NCBI RefSeq assembly: GCF_006345805.1
Contig: NC_043005.1
Span: forward strand, 85,870,001-85,934,000
Length of the DNA: 64,000 bases
Source: Octopus sinensis
Taxonomy: Eukaryota
Reading direction: 5' to 3'
Shown in pieces: positions 1-14,560 of the stretch. The translations under genes were made by a program, and so were the position numbers. The notes beneath the pieces were generated by a model that saw only the letters and a list, made by a program, of their open reading frames with translations, made no database searches and was not told the origin of the DNA. The number at the start of each line of letters is the position of its first letter. Position 1 is the stretch's first letter.

Positions 1-55
1 CCAAAGAAACTTTTACCAGTCTTTTTCCCTATTTAGAGAAGTGTGACCACAAATT

Positions 56-191
56 TTACCTAATCGATACAACACGTATAATTTCCCTAGTTGCTGCAAC
101 AAAACACATTATCATTACTGTTGTTGTTGTTGTTGTTATTATTATCATTATTATTATTATTATTATCATCATTATTATTATTATTATCATC

Positions 192-245
<54 letters not shown>

Positions 246-282
246 ATTATTATTATTATTATTATCATTATTATTATTATTC
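56..282. repeat. (GTT)n/(ATT)n microsatellite
   Basis: Direct reading; ORF 56..331 is its translation. Confidence 0.95.
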
Positions 283-400
283 TATGTTTGACTTTTGCTT
301 TATGTTTGTACAAGTTGGCTCCAAGTCTCACCCAGAGACCTCAAGAGACAACAGGTTGGAAGTTCACGTTGTTGTTATGCCTAGTGTGCCATATATTTGT
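283..400 (-). mobile_element. Probable 3' end of an R4/Dong-like non-LTR retrotransposon ending in (AAT)n
   Basis: Short unique segment running into an (AAT)n tail on the minus strand, same layout as neighbouring Dong-like ends; no coding motif seen. Confidence 0.4.
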
Positions 401-444
401 TTTTTTTTTTTGGTGTTGTACTAGTGAAAGTCAAATAAATTTTT

Positions 445-1401
445 AAAAAAATTATTGTTATTATTATTATCTTTTTTTTCTTCTTCTTTCAAATTTGCTT
501 CCATTTCTTGCCGAGTGTCTTCCCGACTCCTAGGGCAAAGAAACTCATAGTATACATTGCTAGGCCATTAAACTAAACTCAATAGTTCGTTTATTTTTTT
601 TTTCAAGTTAAATTAAAATACATGGTTAGTAATAGTTCTCACGACGACAAAGATCTTCTCAATACGTGTGATGTACCAGTTAAGACAATCTTTTGCACTT
701 CTTGCAGGGATGGTAAGCCAGGGATCATTCTCATATAATTTTCGGTTCCCTTCTTGATCATTCCTAGTGCTCCTACGATCACTGGTATTGTAACCGCCTT
801 GAGATGCCACATTTTCTCAATTTCAATGAGCAGGTCTTTATATTTTCTGAGCTTGTCAAACTCTTTCGCCGAGATATTATGATCACAGGGGATACTTAGG
901 TCGATCAATAAGCAAACTTTATTGTTTTGGTCTTTCACAACAATATCTGCTTTATTGGCTTTGATGGTTTGGTATGTATGTACTGGAAAGTCCCACAGAA
1001 TGGTTACATTTTCTCCTTCAGTAACAGCTTCAGGGTGGTGATTATACCACTTGTCGGCAGTTTTGATATTGTAATGCCGTCTTATTAGCCAGTGTAGATA
1101 TTGGCCAACTCTGTCATGTCTTAATTTATACTCCACTGGTGCTAAGACTTTACATCCAGAGATTAGGTGGTCCACTGTTTCAATCATGTCGTTGCAGAAT
1201 CGGCATTTTGGGTCTGCTCCATTTTTCATCACATTGGCCTGGTAGTTCCGGGTTAATAGGCTTTGATCTTGAGCAGCCAGGATGAAACCTTCGCTCTCTG
1301 CTTTTAGCCCTGAGCTCCGTAGCCACTGATGGGTTTGCTTCTGGTCAACATCAGCTTGTTTGCTGTGGGCCACATATTTGCCGTGCAGAGGTTTCTCATC
1401 C

Positions 1402-1402
<1 letters not shown>
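445..1402 (-). mobile_element. 5'-truncated R4/Dong-clade non-LTR retrotransposon (CCHC knuckle, restriction-like endonuclease, 3' UTR)
   Basis: ORF 639..1373 has CRFC..ETVDHLISGC, RHD, ILWDF, (P/A)DIVV..D, KLRKYKDL and VIVGALG motifs; flanked on both sides by (AAT)n. Confidence 0.92.
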
Positions 1403-1443
<41 letters not shown>

Positions 1444-1489
1444 GATTATCATTATTATCATTATTATCATTATTATCATCATTATTATT

Positions 1490-2800
1490 TTTTCTCGTGG
1501 GGTTTGCTATAACTCCAGAAGTCTTGCATGTGTATTGGGCTTGCTGAAATGCTGCCTACGGAACCATGCCATCCGTTCTTTTCAGTTATCTACTACTTTC
1601 CTGCTTATTCTGGCCACGCCAAGGAGGCAAACCTTTTGTAACAGTTCTACTGGACACTCTATTCCGATTTCCTTTAGATTCTTCTTGATGCCTTCTGATT
1701 CTCTCCCCAACGATTCAACAATAATTGCCACTATCTTCACTGTCTTCATTTTCCATGGTCAGGCTATTTCGTATTTAGGAGAATTGTATATATCTATGTT
1801 TTCACTTTCGTTCTTGACTATACGTGGGCCAAAGGGGTATGCAACGTGGTGCATCTTGTCGACTACCACTAAGTCCGGTCTGTTATGCTCCGGCACATGA
1901 TCTATTTGGAGTAGAAAATCCCAGAGGACTTTGGAAGTCTACGACTCCACCATTCTTTGCGGTTTGTGTTCATACCACGTCTTGCCACACTCTAACCCCC
2001 AACCCTTTTCGCACAGTTTCCAGTGTAGCACTTTCGCTTCCTCATCGTGTCGCCACAGCGTGAAGTGGTTTTGGGCAAGCCTAGACCATTCGTTCGCGAT
2101 ATGAGCAGTAGTTTTGTCCACTCTGTTATGCTGCATAGCGGAGATACTTGCTCACTCCTAAGGTTGACCCTTCAATTCGTGGCCAAACTTAGTCTTGCGC
2201 TGCCAGTATAAAGCTCTCAGTCTATTTTTTCAGTGTTTCGTTCTTCAACCAATGCTATATATTTCTTTGCTGCAACTCCTGCTGTAGCTACATGGAATTG
2301 GTTGTGTAGTCCCTCGTTGCGTAATTCTTCTTCATGTCCTTTTTGTACATCTTTCGTTTTTTCTTTTAACAGACATTAGCAAGGTTTCCTTTCGTTCTGA
2401 GTTCAAATTCCACCGAGGTCGACTTTGCCTTTCACCATTTCGGGGTCGATTAAATAAGTACCAGTTACGCACTAGGGTCGATATAATCGACTCAATCCGT
2501 TTGTCTGTCCTTGTATGTCCTCTCTGTGTTTAGCCCCTTGTGGGTAGTAAAGAAATAGGTTAGGTATCTCATTAAGCGAGCGAGTTCGATACGTACGCAC
2601 GCTTCCTCAACTAGCAGTCTCCTTCCTCCATTTGCTCTCTTCATATATCGGCGAATAGTGTCTGCACGTGGATGATGGGTTCTATGCATCGTTAGAAGAG
2701 GTTTTCTTGTCTTCCTGTCCAGCTCCTTTAGCTCTTTCTTTGTCCAATTCATGATCCCAGCGTCATACCGAACTACAGCAAATGTGCGAGTTTATCGAGC
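1490..2800 (-). mobile_element. Degenerate R4/Dong-clade element of a second subfamily (RT thumb to endonuclease), interrupted by a SINE
   Basis: WTKKELKELDRKTRK..HPRAD..R.NGGR, RHDEEAKVLHWKLCEK, KVLWDF..HNRPDLVVVDK and LQKVCLLG in shifting frames. Confidence 0.88.
2365..2545 (+). mobile_element. tRNA-derived SINE family S1, 5'-truncated, inserted in the Dong-like element
   Basis: GTTCTGAGTTCAAATTCC B-box-like motif and GTCGACTTTGCCTTTCA..GGGGTCGAT body shared with about 10 copies in the window. Confidence 0.85.
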
Positions 2801-2804
2801 TGGT

Positions 2805-3209
2805 ACAATCGTTTGCGCCTCGAGCAAAATGCTTAGTCAAATTGTGTTCGAGTTTAAATTACATCAAGGCCCCTTTTGCATTTTATCTTTGCAGGGTCGA
2901 TAAAATAAATACCAGCCGGTCATTGGGATCGATGTAATTGATTTACCTTCTCCGCCAAACTTGCTGTCCTTCTACCAAAATTTGATGTTATTATTAAGAT
3001 GTCAAACTGGCAGAAACGTTAACACGCCGGACAAAACGCTTAGTAGCTTATCCTCAATCGATAAATTCTGAGACGAAATGTTGCCGGGGTTGAATTTTCC
3101 TTTCATCGTTTCAGGGTCGATAAAATAAGTACCAGTCAAACGCTGGGGGTCGATGATATCAACTTACCCCTTGCCCCAAAACAGCTGGCTTCGTACCAAA
3201 ATTCGAGAC

Positions 3210-3257
<48 letters not shown>

Positions 3258-3365
3258 TTAAGGCGGTGATCTGGCAGAATCGTTAATACACAGGACAGAA
3301 CGCTTAACACCATTTCTCCCGTCTTTAGGTTCTAAGTCAAATTCCACCGATCTCAACTTTGCCTT
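2805..3365 (+). mobile_element. Three head-to-tail degenerate S1-type SINE copies separated by (ATT)n tails
   Basis: S1 body repeated at about 2805, 2998 and 3260 (CTGGCAGAA-CGTTA head visible in the last two). Confidence 0.75.
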
Positions 3366-3404
3366 TTGTTTCAATTTACTTGTGGCACATTACTAGGAAT
3401 AAGT

Positions 3405-3990
3405 CTTATTTCCAGGTCTTATTCTAATTTTTTATACCGTCATAAATACTTGTATTCCTTCTGAGCAAAGACTAAGCCTTCCTGGTCAATATGAGCTACG
3501 ATCTCATCTAAATCGTCGCACATTTAACATCTAAGTAATTGTGGTAAGATATTGGCGTAATTTCAGGCAAATTCGTGTATATTAAATTCGATACTAAAAT
3601 TATATCCGCTTCTAGAATAAAAATGTCGACCGACGAAATATGTCCAGGTTTTATTCTAATTTTTTATACCGCCATACTTATTTGTATTCCTTCTGAGCAA
3701 AGACTATGCCTTCCTGTACAATATGAGCTACGATCTCATCTGAATCGCCGTACATTTAACATCCAGCTAAGTAATCTTGATGATATATTTGCGTAAATTA
3801 AACACAGATGAGGTAAAGAAAATAACTCAGACACCAGTGTAGGAAAAATACAGACAAATTTGAGTATATTAAATACGCTACTAAATTTATCTCCGCTTCT
3901 AGAATAAAAATATCAACCGACGAAATTTTTCCAGGAATTCTTCTAACTTTAGTGACACAGTGTAAGGCAATAATTCGAAAATATTAGAAT
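3405..3990 (-). repeat. Degenerate tandem repeat (units about 233 and 287 bp), homologous in inverted orientation to about 6120-6415
   Basis: TCCAGG..TTCTAA recurs at about 3410, 3643 and 3930; its reverse complement aligns by eye to 6120-6415. Confidence 0.8.
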
Positions 3991-4737
3991 TCGTTATGAT
4001 CTAATCAACAACAGAAAATTTAATATTGATAAATGATTGTTAAATTCTTGTTATACAACTCTTGGTTTATTATTAACTAGCTGTAAGCTGATATCGCTAA
4101 ATGTTGAAATATCAAGGACGAACTTAATCACATTTACACGGGTATTAATACACAAAACATGACGTTAGTCAGCTCTGTCAGACTATATTAATGTTCTAGT
4201 AGTGTTTCCAATAAGTTCTCTGTTTATGACTCTTAACTTATTAGCTTTGAAACGTTTACTACTAACCATCCAAAAGATCACAGGAATTGCTTAACGTATG
4301 AAATATTAGTAAACCCATCCCTTAATTTTAGATAAGATGTGTTGTTATGCGTTTGAAATTGTATGCGTCTTGATCTCCCGTTTTATAGTGTTGTGTGATT
4401 AGAACTCTTATAGCAAAGCACGTTTCTATGTAATTTCTAGTACCGTAACGAACGTGTGGTCAATCTATGGATTCGACACTTTGTCCAGACCAACTGGCTG
4501 TAAATAGGTGGCTCTCATAGGGTTATTGCAAAAAAATATAACAAGCGGTAGCAACAGCGACTGCATGATTATATTAGAAATGCTTTGTGAAATTTCCAGC
4601 ATATATCTGTGTGTGTGGGGGGCGGGGCGCAAATGAGAGTTGGATATCTGACTGTGTTAAAAGCAAGGAGCATTGTAGAGTGAATCCAGACGATTGGTCT
4701 TCGTATATTAAACGGAGCCAGTTCACGATGTAGAACA

Positions 4738-4746
4738 TACTACTAT

Positions 4747-4805
<59 letters not shown>

Positions 4806-4867
4806 ATAATAATAATAATAATATAATAATAATAATAATAATAATAATGATAATAATAATAATAATA

Positions 4868-4902
<35 letters not shown>

Positions 4903-4908
4903 GATAAT

Positions 4909-4965
<57 letters not shown>

Positions 4966-5010
4966 CAATAATAATAACAACAATAATAATAATAGTAATA
5001 GTTATAATAA
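4738..5010. repeat. Compound (ACT)n-(AAT)n-(ATG)n-(AAT)n microsatellite
   Basis: Direct reading. Confidence 0.95.
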
Positions 5011-5304
5011 TAATAATGATAATATTTTAAGATTAAAGTTACTCTTCATGAAAAGTAGAGAAACAGAAAGAAGAGGGCAACTGTTATTGGTAATAAATAG
5101 AGATTGACTCTGTTTATTAAAATGAAAATGAAACGAATAAACAATATTTCGACATTCCGTGTGGCTTTTACAAGTTCAAAATATAAAATGAAATTAAATT
5201 CAAAAATAGGAAACGGTGAAACATTCAAAATTAAACCGGAATAACAGCGTTTCTTTGCAAGTAAAACGACGTCATCATTCTTTGGTCTTTCACAAAAGGT
5301 AGCA

Positions 5305-5762
5305 GATCGACATGAGCATACCCTGTGATCATAATATCTCGGCGAAAGAGTTTGACAAGCTCAGAAAATATAAAGACCTGCTCATTGAAATTGAGAAAAT
5401 GTGGCATCTCAAGGCGGTTACAATACCAGTGATCGTAGGAGCACTAGTAATGATCAGGAAGGGAATCGAAAATTATATGAGAATGATCCCTGGCTTACCA
5501 TCCCTGCAAGAAGTGCAAAAGATTGTCTTAACTGGTACATCACACGCATTGAGAAGAGCTTTGTCGATGTGAGAACTATTACTACCCATGTATTTTAATT
5601 TAACTTAAAAAAAAAGAACGAACTAGTGAGTTTAGTTTAATGGCCTACCAATGTATACTATGAGTTTCTTTGCCCTAGGAGTCGGGAAGACACTCGGCAA
5701 GAAATGGAAGCAAATTTGAAAGAAGAAGAAAAAAAGATAACAATAATAATAATAAAAATAAT
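5305..5762 (+). mobile_element. 3' end of an R4/Dong element, same subfamily as 445-1402, opposite orientation
   Basis: ORF 5312..5572 is nearly identical to the C-terminus of 639..1373, followed by the same 3' UTR and AAT tail. Confidence 0.92.
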
Positions 5763-5764
5763 AA

Positions 5765-5980
5765 TACTTTCAAATTTTTACACAAAGGCAGACATTTTGG
5801 GAGAGGGGTTGTGTCGTTTACTTCGACTCCAGTGTTTCCCTGGTACTTAATTTGTCAACTCCTAAAGAATAAATGGCAAAGTTGACCTCTGTGGAATTTG
5901 AACTCACAAAGTAGAGCCGGGCGAAATACCGCTAAGCATTCCGGTAGGCCTGCTAATGAGTCTGCCAGCTCACTGCCTTA
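5765..5980 (-). mobile_element. S1-type SINE, tail-to-tail with the Dong 3' end
   Basis: Reverse complement of the S1 head and body. Confidence 0.75.
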
Positions 5981-6682
5981 ATATTAATAGTGATGATAAT
6001 AATAATAATAACAACAACATTTGATCATCATAATCTTTGGAGAATTCTAGATTCTTGAAATTATGTTTCAAGAACCTATTTTTCAAGAACCTAGAAGTGA
6101 ATCTTGTCTTAATTGCTGTTTGATAATGAAGATACATCCTCTAAAACGAAGCTAAATTTAGTAAATCACGAATAAATTGTATTGTATGATATTTGATATA
6201 CCTGTATTTGCCTGCGTTTTTTCTATACATGACACTGGTCAGTCTAAGTTATTTCCCTCAGTTCACTTGTGCTTGATTTACAGCAATATTTCAACCAGAC
6301 TGCTTAGATGTTAAATGTGCAATGATTTAGATGAGCTCGTAGCCCACATTGTATGGGAAGGCTTACTGTTCGCTCAGAATAAGTATGGATGTATAAAAAC
6401 TTTTGGAATTTGATTTGCTAGAGCATGTGTGACTATCTTACAGTTATTGGAAATCATCACCTTCATATCAGCTTCAAGTTATTCGTATTGATCATTGCAT
6501 CGACCACCAGGCAATGAATGATTTTTTTCTAGTGAAGAATAGTTTACATCCGGCCTTCTCAAACTCTCTGTCTCCCCTTTTACAGTTTTCTACGGTCCTT
6601 ACTACGTTTCACCGAAATTCAATACACATCAAAAACTATTGCCGATATTGCTGATCGTCATGAAAACACTTTATGCATAAAT

Positions 6683-6922
6683 CTATTTCTTTATTACCCA
6701 CAAGGGGCTAAAAATAGAGGGGACAAACAAGGACAGACAAACGGATTAAGTCTATTACATCGACACCAGTGCATAACTGATACTTAAATTATCGACCCCG
6801 AAAGGATGAAACGCAAAGTTGACCTTGGCGGAATTTGAACTCAGAACGTAACGGCAGACGAAATACGGTTATGCATTTCGCCCGGCGTGCTAACGGTTCT
6901 GCCAGCTCGCTGCCTTATGCAT
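6683..6922 (-). mobile_element. Full-length S1 SINE with a 20-bp target-site duplication
   Basis: AAAACACTTTATGCATAAAT at 6663-6682 and 6923-6942 flanks the element. Confidence 0.9.
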
Positions 6923-7232
6923 AAAACACTTTATGCATAAATAATCCCATCCATACAAACATATCCGCAAAATTTGCCGTCATATTGTTCCCGTGGGGGA
7001 AATTTGCCGTTGGAAATTTTCCCATCAAGGAGGCATCCAATCAGACTGTAAATTAGATTACTCATTTTAAAGAAATTATCTTTCGCTAATTGGTAGGTTA
7101 ATTGATGATGTTGCCATTCTAAGAAAACGACATTTTTTTTTTTAAATTCTGCAATTTATTATTTTTTTGCCACAAATGTTCCTATAGCAAAAATGTTTTT
7201 CCTGCGGCAAAAACGTCAACATTTTCTCTATG

Positions 7233-7350
7233 GTGGAGGCGCGTGGCCAAGTGGTTAATGTGTTACACTCACGATGCCAAAATCGTGGCTTCGATTCCCG
7301 AACCTGACGACGTGTTGAGTTCGTGAGATAAAGAGTTCATTTCACGTTGC
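7233..7350 (+). mobile_element. tRNA-derived SINE family S4 (GTGGAGGCGC head)
   Basis: A-box-like TGGCCAAGTGG and B-box-like GGCTTCGATTCCC. Confidence 0.7.
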
Positions 7351-7777
7351 TTTCGTTTAGGCAGCTGTCAATGTATAACTCTGCGAAGGATTGGGTCTCG
7401 TTGAGGAAGGGAGGGGGGATACTGCGATCACGGCTACTTAGACGCCATTGGAACTGAATTACTTGCTTTGTGAGTTCTAGATCATGTGACAATAATGGCC
7501 ATGAGTTCAAGATGATGATGATGATAATGATGATGATGATGATGATGATCATGATGATCATGATGATCATGATGCTGACGTCAACGATGTTGATGATGAG
7601 AAGGAGGAGGTGGAGGAAGAGAAATATGTGATATACAATATCAAAGCCTATTTTCCATAACAGAATATTAACTGAACACTTACACACTGAAAAACAAATT
7701 GAAAATATTTTTAAAATTGTGCCTCCAGGTTTGTCACCCTTAAAAGGCTCTTTGCATTATAGGACACTTTCATCACA

Positions 7778-8172
7778 GGTGCAGGTGACGTGGCTGTGTG
7801 GTAAGGAATTTGTTTCCCAACCACATGGTTCTGGGTTGAATCCGACTACATGGCATTGTGAGCAATTGTCTTCTTCTTTACCTTCAGGCTGACCAAATGA
7901 AGTTGGTAGACGGAAACTGAAAGAAGCCTGTCATATATATATTTCTTTACTACCCGCAAGAGGCTAAACACAGAGGGGACAAACAAGGACAGACAAGCGG
8001 ATTAAGTCGATTACATCGACCCCAGTGTGTAAATGCTACTTAATTTATCGACTCCGAAAGGATGAAAGGCAAAGTCGACCTCGGCGGAATTTGATCTCAG
8101 AACGTAGCGGCAGACGAAATACTGCTAAGCATTTCGCCCGGCGTGCTAACGTTTCTGCCAGCTCGCGGCCTT
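7778..8172. mobile_element. S2 SINE head (+, 7778-7932) followed by a full S1 SINE (-, 7942-8172)
   Basis: GTGGCTGTGTGGTAAG..GTAGACGGAAACTGAAAGAAGCC and the reverse-complement S1 consensus. Confidence 0.85.
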
Positions 8173-8174
8173 AG

Positions 8175-8615
<441 letters not shown>

Positions 8616-10269
8616 ACGGTGGTGTTCCAGCTTGACTGCAGTCACATAGTCGAAACGAATAAAAGAATAGGTGTGTGTGTGTGTGTCTTTATGCCTGTGT
8701 TTGTTCCCCACCATCGCCTGCTGGCTGGTATGTTTGTCCCCATAACCTAGCGGTTCGGAAAAAGAGATCAAGAGAATAAAGTACCGAGCATAAAAAAAAG
8801 CATAAGTAGTGAGATTACTTTGTTAGGCTAAAACTCTTCAAGGTCGTGTTGTAGTGTGGCTGAAGTAAACAAGCAAAACAAAAGAGAAGAAAAAAGTAGA
8901 AGTGAAATATGAAAACATCATGGCAGCCATCAATATTATCAAATGATTTAGACAAAGAATAAAAACAAAAAACTGAAAATATTTTTGAAAATTGCAGACG
9001 ACAGGTTGTTTGCCATTAAAACATTTCTTGCACATCATATGTGATTTCATCAATATGGAATATCAAAACAACGTTAGTAGATGATTTATTTACTCAACAG
9101 AGTAAATGTTAAAAAAACATTTTTGAAAATTAGGACAACTAACAAATACGTTTATTACCCTTGTCGCGAGTATGATGGCTGGTTGTTAGCCAAGCGACAT
9201 TTAACAGAAGAGTTTTATTATGTTGCATAAAAAAAGTAAACTGTGTTGGTCTTTTACAAATAACAAGAGCAATAATTACATAGTGGGAAAGAGATACTGT
9301 TTGGAATTTACGGCAGACTTACAGACACAGCGACAGCATAACTGGAGACAATTGAATTATATCCGTGGTCACAGAGTACCCGATCGTGTTTTGCTGTCTG
9401 TCTTAACCATCTTCCTGGATATTCTGGCTTTGGTAAGAACGGGGACCATCACACAGCTATTTCAACCTTTTGCATAGCAAGGGGTGAGACGTGTGAATAA
9501 CCTCGGCAACTCTCGACGGTCTGCAAAGAGTTTAGGAGGAAAAGTGGCTCTAACAGACTGAATCACGTGATAGCTTCATTCTGAATACATAATTGACTGA
9601 TCCTGTGAAACAACTGAGATTAGACAGTGATGTATGTACACACTCATCACTATTTCACTTCTCAGTGCCAGCAAAATAATTTAATCAGCCCCCCCCCCTC
9701 TAAGTAGAGACAACATTCACCTTGAGAAACTTTAAATTATATGATTGTCTGTTTAGAGAAAAAATTAAGAAAGAATATGTGGAATATGTAAAAAAACACA
9801 ATTATTTATTAATTAAAATTTACGTCTGGGTCGTAAAAATTACTACAGAAGTTAGGAACAATCGTTTGAGCTCTTAAAGCAAGGGTATGTGTGATAACTT
9901 CAATAAATGTCAAGAGACAGAGCATCAACTTGAGGTTATGACAGAAAATACTTGCCCAAGGTGTCCACAGTTGGATTGAACTCAGACCCATGTGGCTGGG
10001 AAGCAAGCTTTTAATCGTACAGCTGAGCATGTGCATATTTAGCCAACAGGAATTTTTAAAACGGGTGCTGGAGTTTGTTCGGGTAGCTTTAGATATGACA
10101 ATAATTAAATTTAGTGATTATAAATTCATGATAGGAAATTACCATTATTATTTCCAGCAGGAATTCTTCTGGATCTAAGATATACACATTTACTACAGCT
10201 ATTCCCAGTTATTTCTATCGATTCCTTTCCAGTACACGCATCTACAATGTTATCAAGAATTCTAACAAA

Positions 10270-10590
10270 TCATGACGTCATGTGATTTCTGGCACTGTGA
10301 CGGTTACGACGAGGGTGGGGCTCCACTTGATCCGATCGACGAAACAGCCTGCTTGTGAAATTAGCATGCAAATGGATGAGTACTCCACAGACACGCGTAC
10401 TTCTCAGGGAGATTCAGCGAGACACAGAGTGTGACAAGGCTGACCACTTCGAAACACAGGTACAACTCATTTTTGCCAGCTGAGTGGAATGGAGCAACGT
10501 GAAATAAAGTGTCTTGCTCAAGGACACAACGCAATACTGGGAATCGAACTCACGATCTTGCTGTCCTGAGGTGAATATCCCGATCACTAA
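10270..10590 (-). mobile_element. SINE with CORE-like central domain (related copies 45975-46160, 52003-52330, 60770-60925)
   Basis: TGGAGCAACGTGAAATAAAGTGTCTTGCTCAAGGACAC followed by a reverse tRNA B-box (GGGAATCGAAC). Confidence 0.75.
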
Positions 10591-11894
10591 GACACATACC
10601 TTTACTACAACTGCAACACCACCACCACCAACAACAACAACAACCACGACGATGACGGCGACGACATCATCGCTGCATGCGATGACTACGACGAAAATCG
10701 TGCACACTTTTATCCACAGCAACTAGTTTTCCACTCGACCTGAGAACAGCTACAACTAACACCATATCAATACTACAACCAATACACTAAAGGCTGCTGT
10801 GACTTCTGAAACCCTATGCAACAACAACAGTAACACAAACACAATAAACGAAACAAACGCAAACAGCAACAACAACAATAATAGCAACAACAAGCAGAGC
10901 AATAGAATTAAGGATAAGAAGGAAATCCAACACGGCTTTTATTTTTGCTGTTATTAAAAGCCACATCAAAAGATGTTCGTGTTCTCTGTCTCAGAACAGA
11001 CCTGTGTTTCCTGCCAGTTGGCCACTTCCGGTATCGACAATTCAATCGCTAGCTCGAAATTTATCTTGTTATCTTTCAAACTTCATTCAAACTTCATTCA
11101 AACGGATTCACTTGGTTTCCTCTTGATGCTAACTGAAATTATTTGAGAAGATGCAGGAGGTAGAAAGTCGGAAATCCATTTTCGTACCTTCACTTTGAAC
11201 AACAACCCAGCATCTATTCCTATCCTTGTTCGCTCTCATAACCGCGCAGATAATATTTATTTTGTTGTAAAATACAACAAAATATAAATAAATTCTACAT
11301 ACTATTTTCAGTTTTCCTGTTTTCCAACAATATTTCAAAATAATTTCTGCATTTCTATTTATTCCCCTCATACCTCACAGAGACTTGTAGTTTATCTGGT
11401 TAACAAACGAGTTTCTTGGATGTATAAGACAATTTCTCTTTTGTTTCTCAGTCTATGAAATGTGAATTCGGTGCTGTGGTATAAAGAGAAAAAAATATCC
11501 CACAAACAACACCATCACGCTTAAAATAGTATCATGAAAGTATCATTGACTTCACATGAAGAGGTGTTACTTTGTACCCGAAAGACTGAATTTTGCGTCA
11601 AGAGAAGTGCATATAATGTTCATTAGTATTTGTAATAAACCGGCAACATGGCAGCTGGTTATATTATATGTACACACGCGTGCATGCACAAATACACACA
11701 AATAGACATACACACGTATTCATATACAAGAATATTGACTTCGAATTTTCGGCCATTTAAGTCACCTTCGGACTGCGATGCACTGAAGTTAATTTTGACA
11801 TTACATTATATAGTCCCTGTTCAGTTAAAATTTGTCTTGGAAAGGTGTTTTGGAGAAGCCTTTAATGATACAGTTAGAATTAAAATGGACGGAG

Positions 11895-12555
11895 GTGATT
11901 AGTTTCCTTCTGAGTACTCGTTCCATGACCTTGCTGATGTGTGAGGTCAGAGAGATAGGTCTGTAGTTCTTGGCCTCCGCTCTGCTACCTCCTTAATGAA
12001 TAGGGCATATTTTACCTTCCTTCAGTTTTCTTGCAAGTTTGCCAGTTGCAAGGAAGCTCTGAAAGAGGAACTGCAGTGGTCTTGCTAGGACTCTCTTACA
12101 TACTTTTAGAAGGATTGCTGGGAATCCATCGGGGCCAGTAGCTGAGTTTGTTTTCATTTCATCAATAGCCTTTATTACATCGTCTTCCTGTATATTGATG
12201 TAATCAATCATCGCTGCCTCTGATTTTATATCGGCAGTGGTAAAGAAGTCAGTTGGATTGCTGACTTGAAAATGCCCTAGGGTGGAGTGAAAATACTCTT
12301 GAATTGCTCATTTAGTATTTCACTTACCCTCATTGGATTTCCTGTGAGTGTGCCATCCTTGGCCCGTACATGGTTAGCTCTACCATGTTGTGATCCGAGA
12401 GTAGTGTCGGTGTCACTTTCACATTATGGATGAGATCCATACTACTTGTGAAGCAGAGATCCAGTATGTTACCTGCCCTGGTTGGTTGGAGTATTACTTG
12501 CTCCATGTACAGAGTGTTGATGAGGTTCATGAGGAACCTCGCCTGTTCTCGTTCG
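11895..12555 (-). mobile_element. CR1/L2-group LINE ORF2 fragment (end of APE, linker deleted, start of RT)
   Basis: PTRAGNILDLCF..LSDHNMV (APE) joined to KDGTLTGNP..EQFKSIF, then SATGPDGFPAILLK and NYRPISLTSHISKVMERV. Confidence 0.9.
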
Positions 12556-12562
12556 CATCGCG

Positions 12563-13217
12563 TCAGTTAAGTTTGGTTAATTTTTGTTTATTTTCAGATC
12601 ATTAAAATGGAATGTCAAGTTAAAAAAAAACGAGCATTTTCGACACCTCCTCCTTTTTGTATTTAATCAAGGTTCTAAGGCTGCAAAAGCTGCTCGCAAC
12701 ATTTGTGCTGTGTATAGAGAGGGTGCCATAGCTGAAAGAACCGCTCGTGATTGGTATGCCAAGTTCAAAAATGGAAATTTTGACCTCGAAGACGTACCTC
12801 ATTCTGGCCGTCCAGCTGATTTCGATGAATAGTGATTAAACCAGCTTTTGCACGAAAATCCTCGTCAAACAATAAGGGAACTGACAGAGCAAATGGAATG
12901 CTCTCACATTGCTATAGAGAAGCATGTGCACTTGATGGGAAAGGTTCAGAAGTATGGAGCATGGGTTCTGCATGCGTTAAGTGACAACAACAGAAATCAA
13001 TGAGCCACAATCTCTGCTAGTTTGCTTGCTCGTCACCGCTCAACTCATGGACACAATCAACGATTTCTTTACCGAATCGTTACTGGCGATCGACAATGGT
13101 GCCTGCAGATGTATATAAAGCAGCGTAAGGAATGGCTTAGCTCCGGTAAACCAGCGACACCGCGCGCAAAACGATGTTGTGTATATGGTGGGACTAGGAA
13201 GGGATTATCCATTACGA
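12563..13217 (+). pseudogene. Mariner transposase pseudogene (HTH region and first catalytic Asp region)
   Basis: EHFRHLLLF..WYAKFKNGNFDLED..SGRP, WVLHAL (WVPHEL-like), IVTGDRQW and CVWWD-like motifs; several stops. Confidence 0.92.
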
Positions 13218-13344
13218 ATATAATATATATACTCCGATTAAAGCGACGTTATCTAAACAATTAATTGAAAACTGACGAGTTTTGGCAGGCTAGACTCGAA
13301 TCCACATACCTACTAATCAAGCCACTGGGTTTCTTTACAAATAT

Positions 13345-14560
<1,216 letters not shown>

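Noticed and set aside
613-810. Duplicated ORF MASQGGYNTSDRR.. (also 5401..5598)
   Set aside because: Alternative frame of the Dong endonuclease region.
7233-7310. tRNA-like sequences with A and B boxes (also 41208, 46345, 62290)
   Set aside because: SINE heads continuing into SINE bodies; no complete cloverleaf.
11023-11032. ETS-like CACTTCCGGT in a unique island; GC box near 4617
   Set aside because: Single short motifs without a supportable exon or TSS.
13272-13301. CTGACGA..GAAT, and a similar core at 33429-33435 (minus)
   Set aside because: GAAA, stem III and stem I are not recoverable, so too weak to call as ribozymes.
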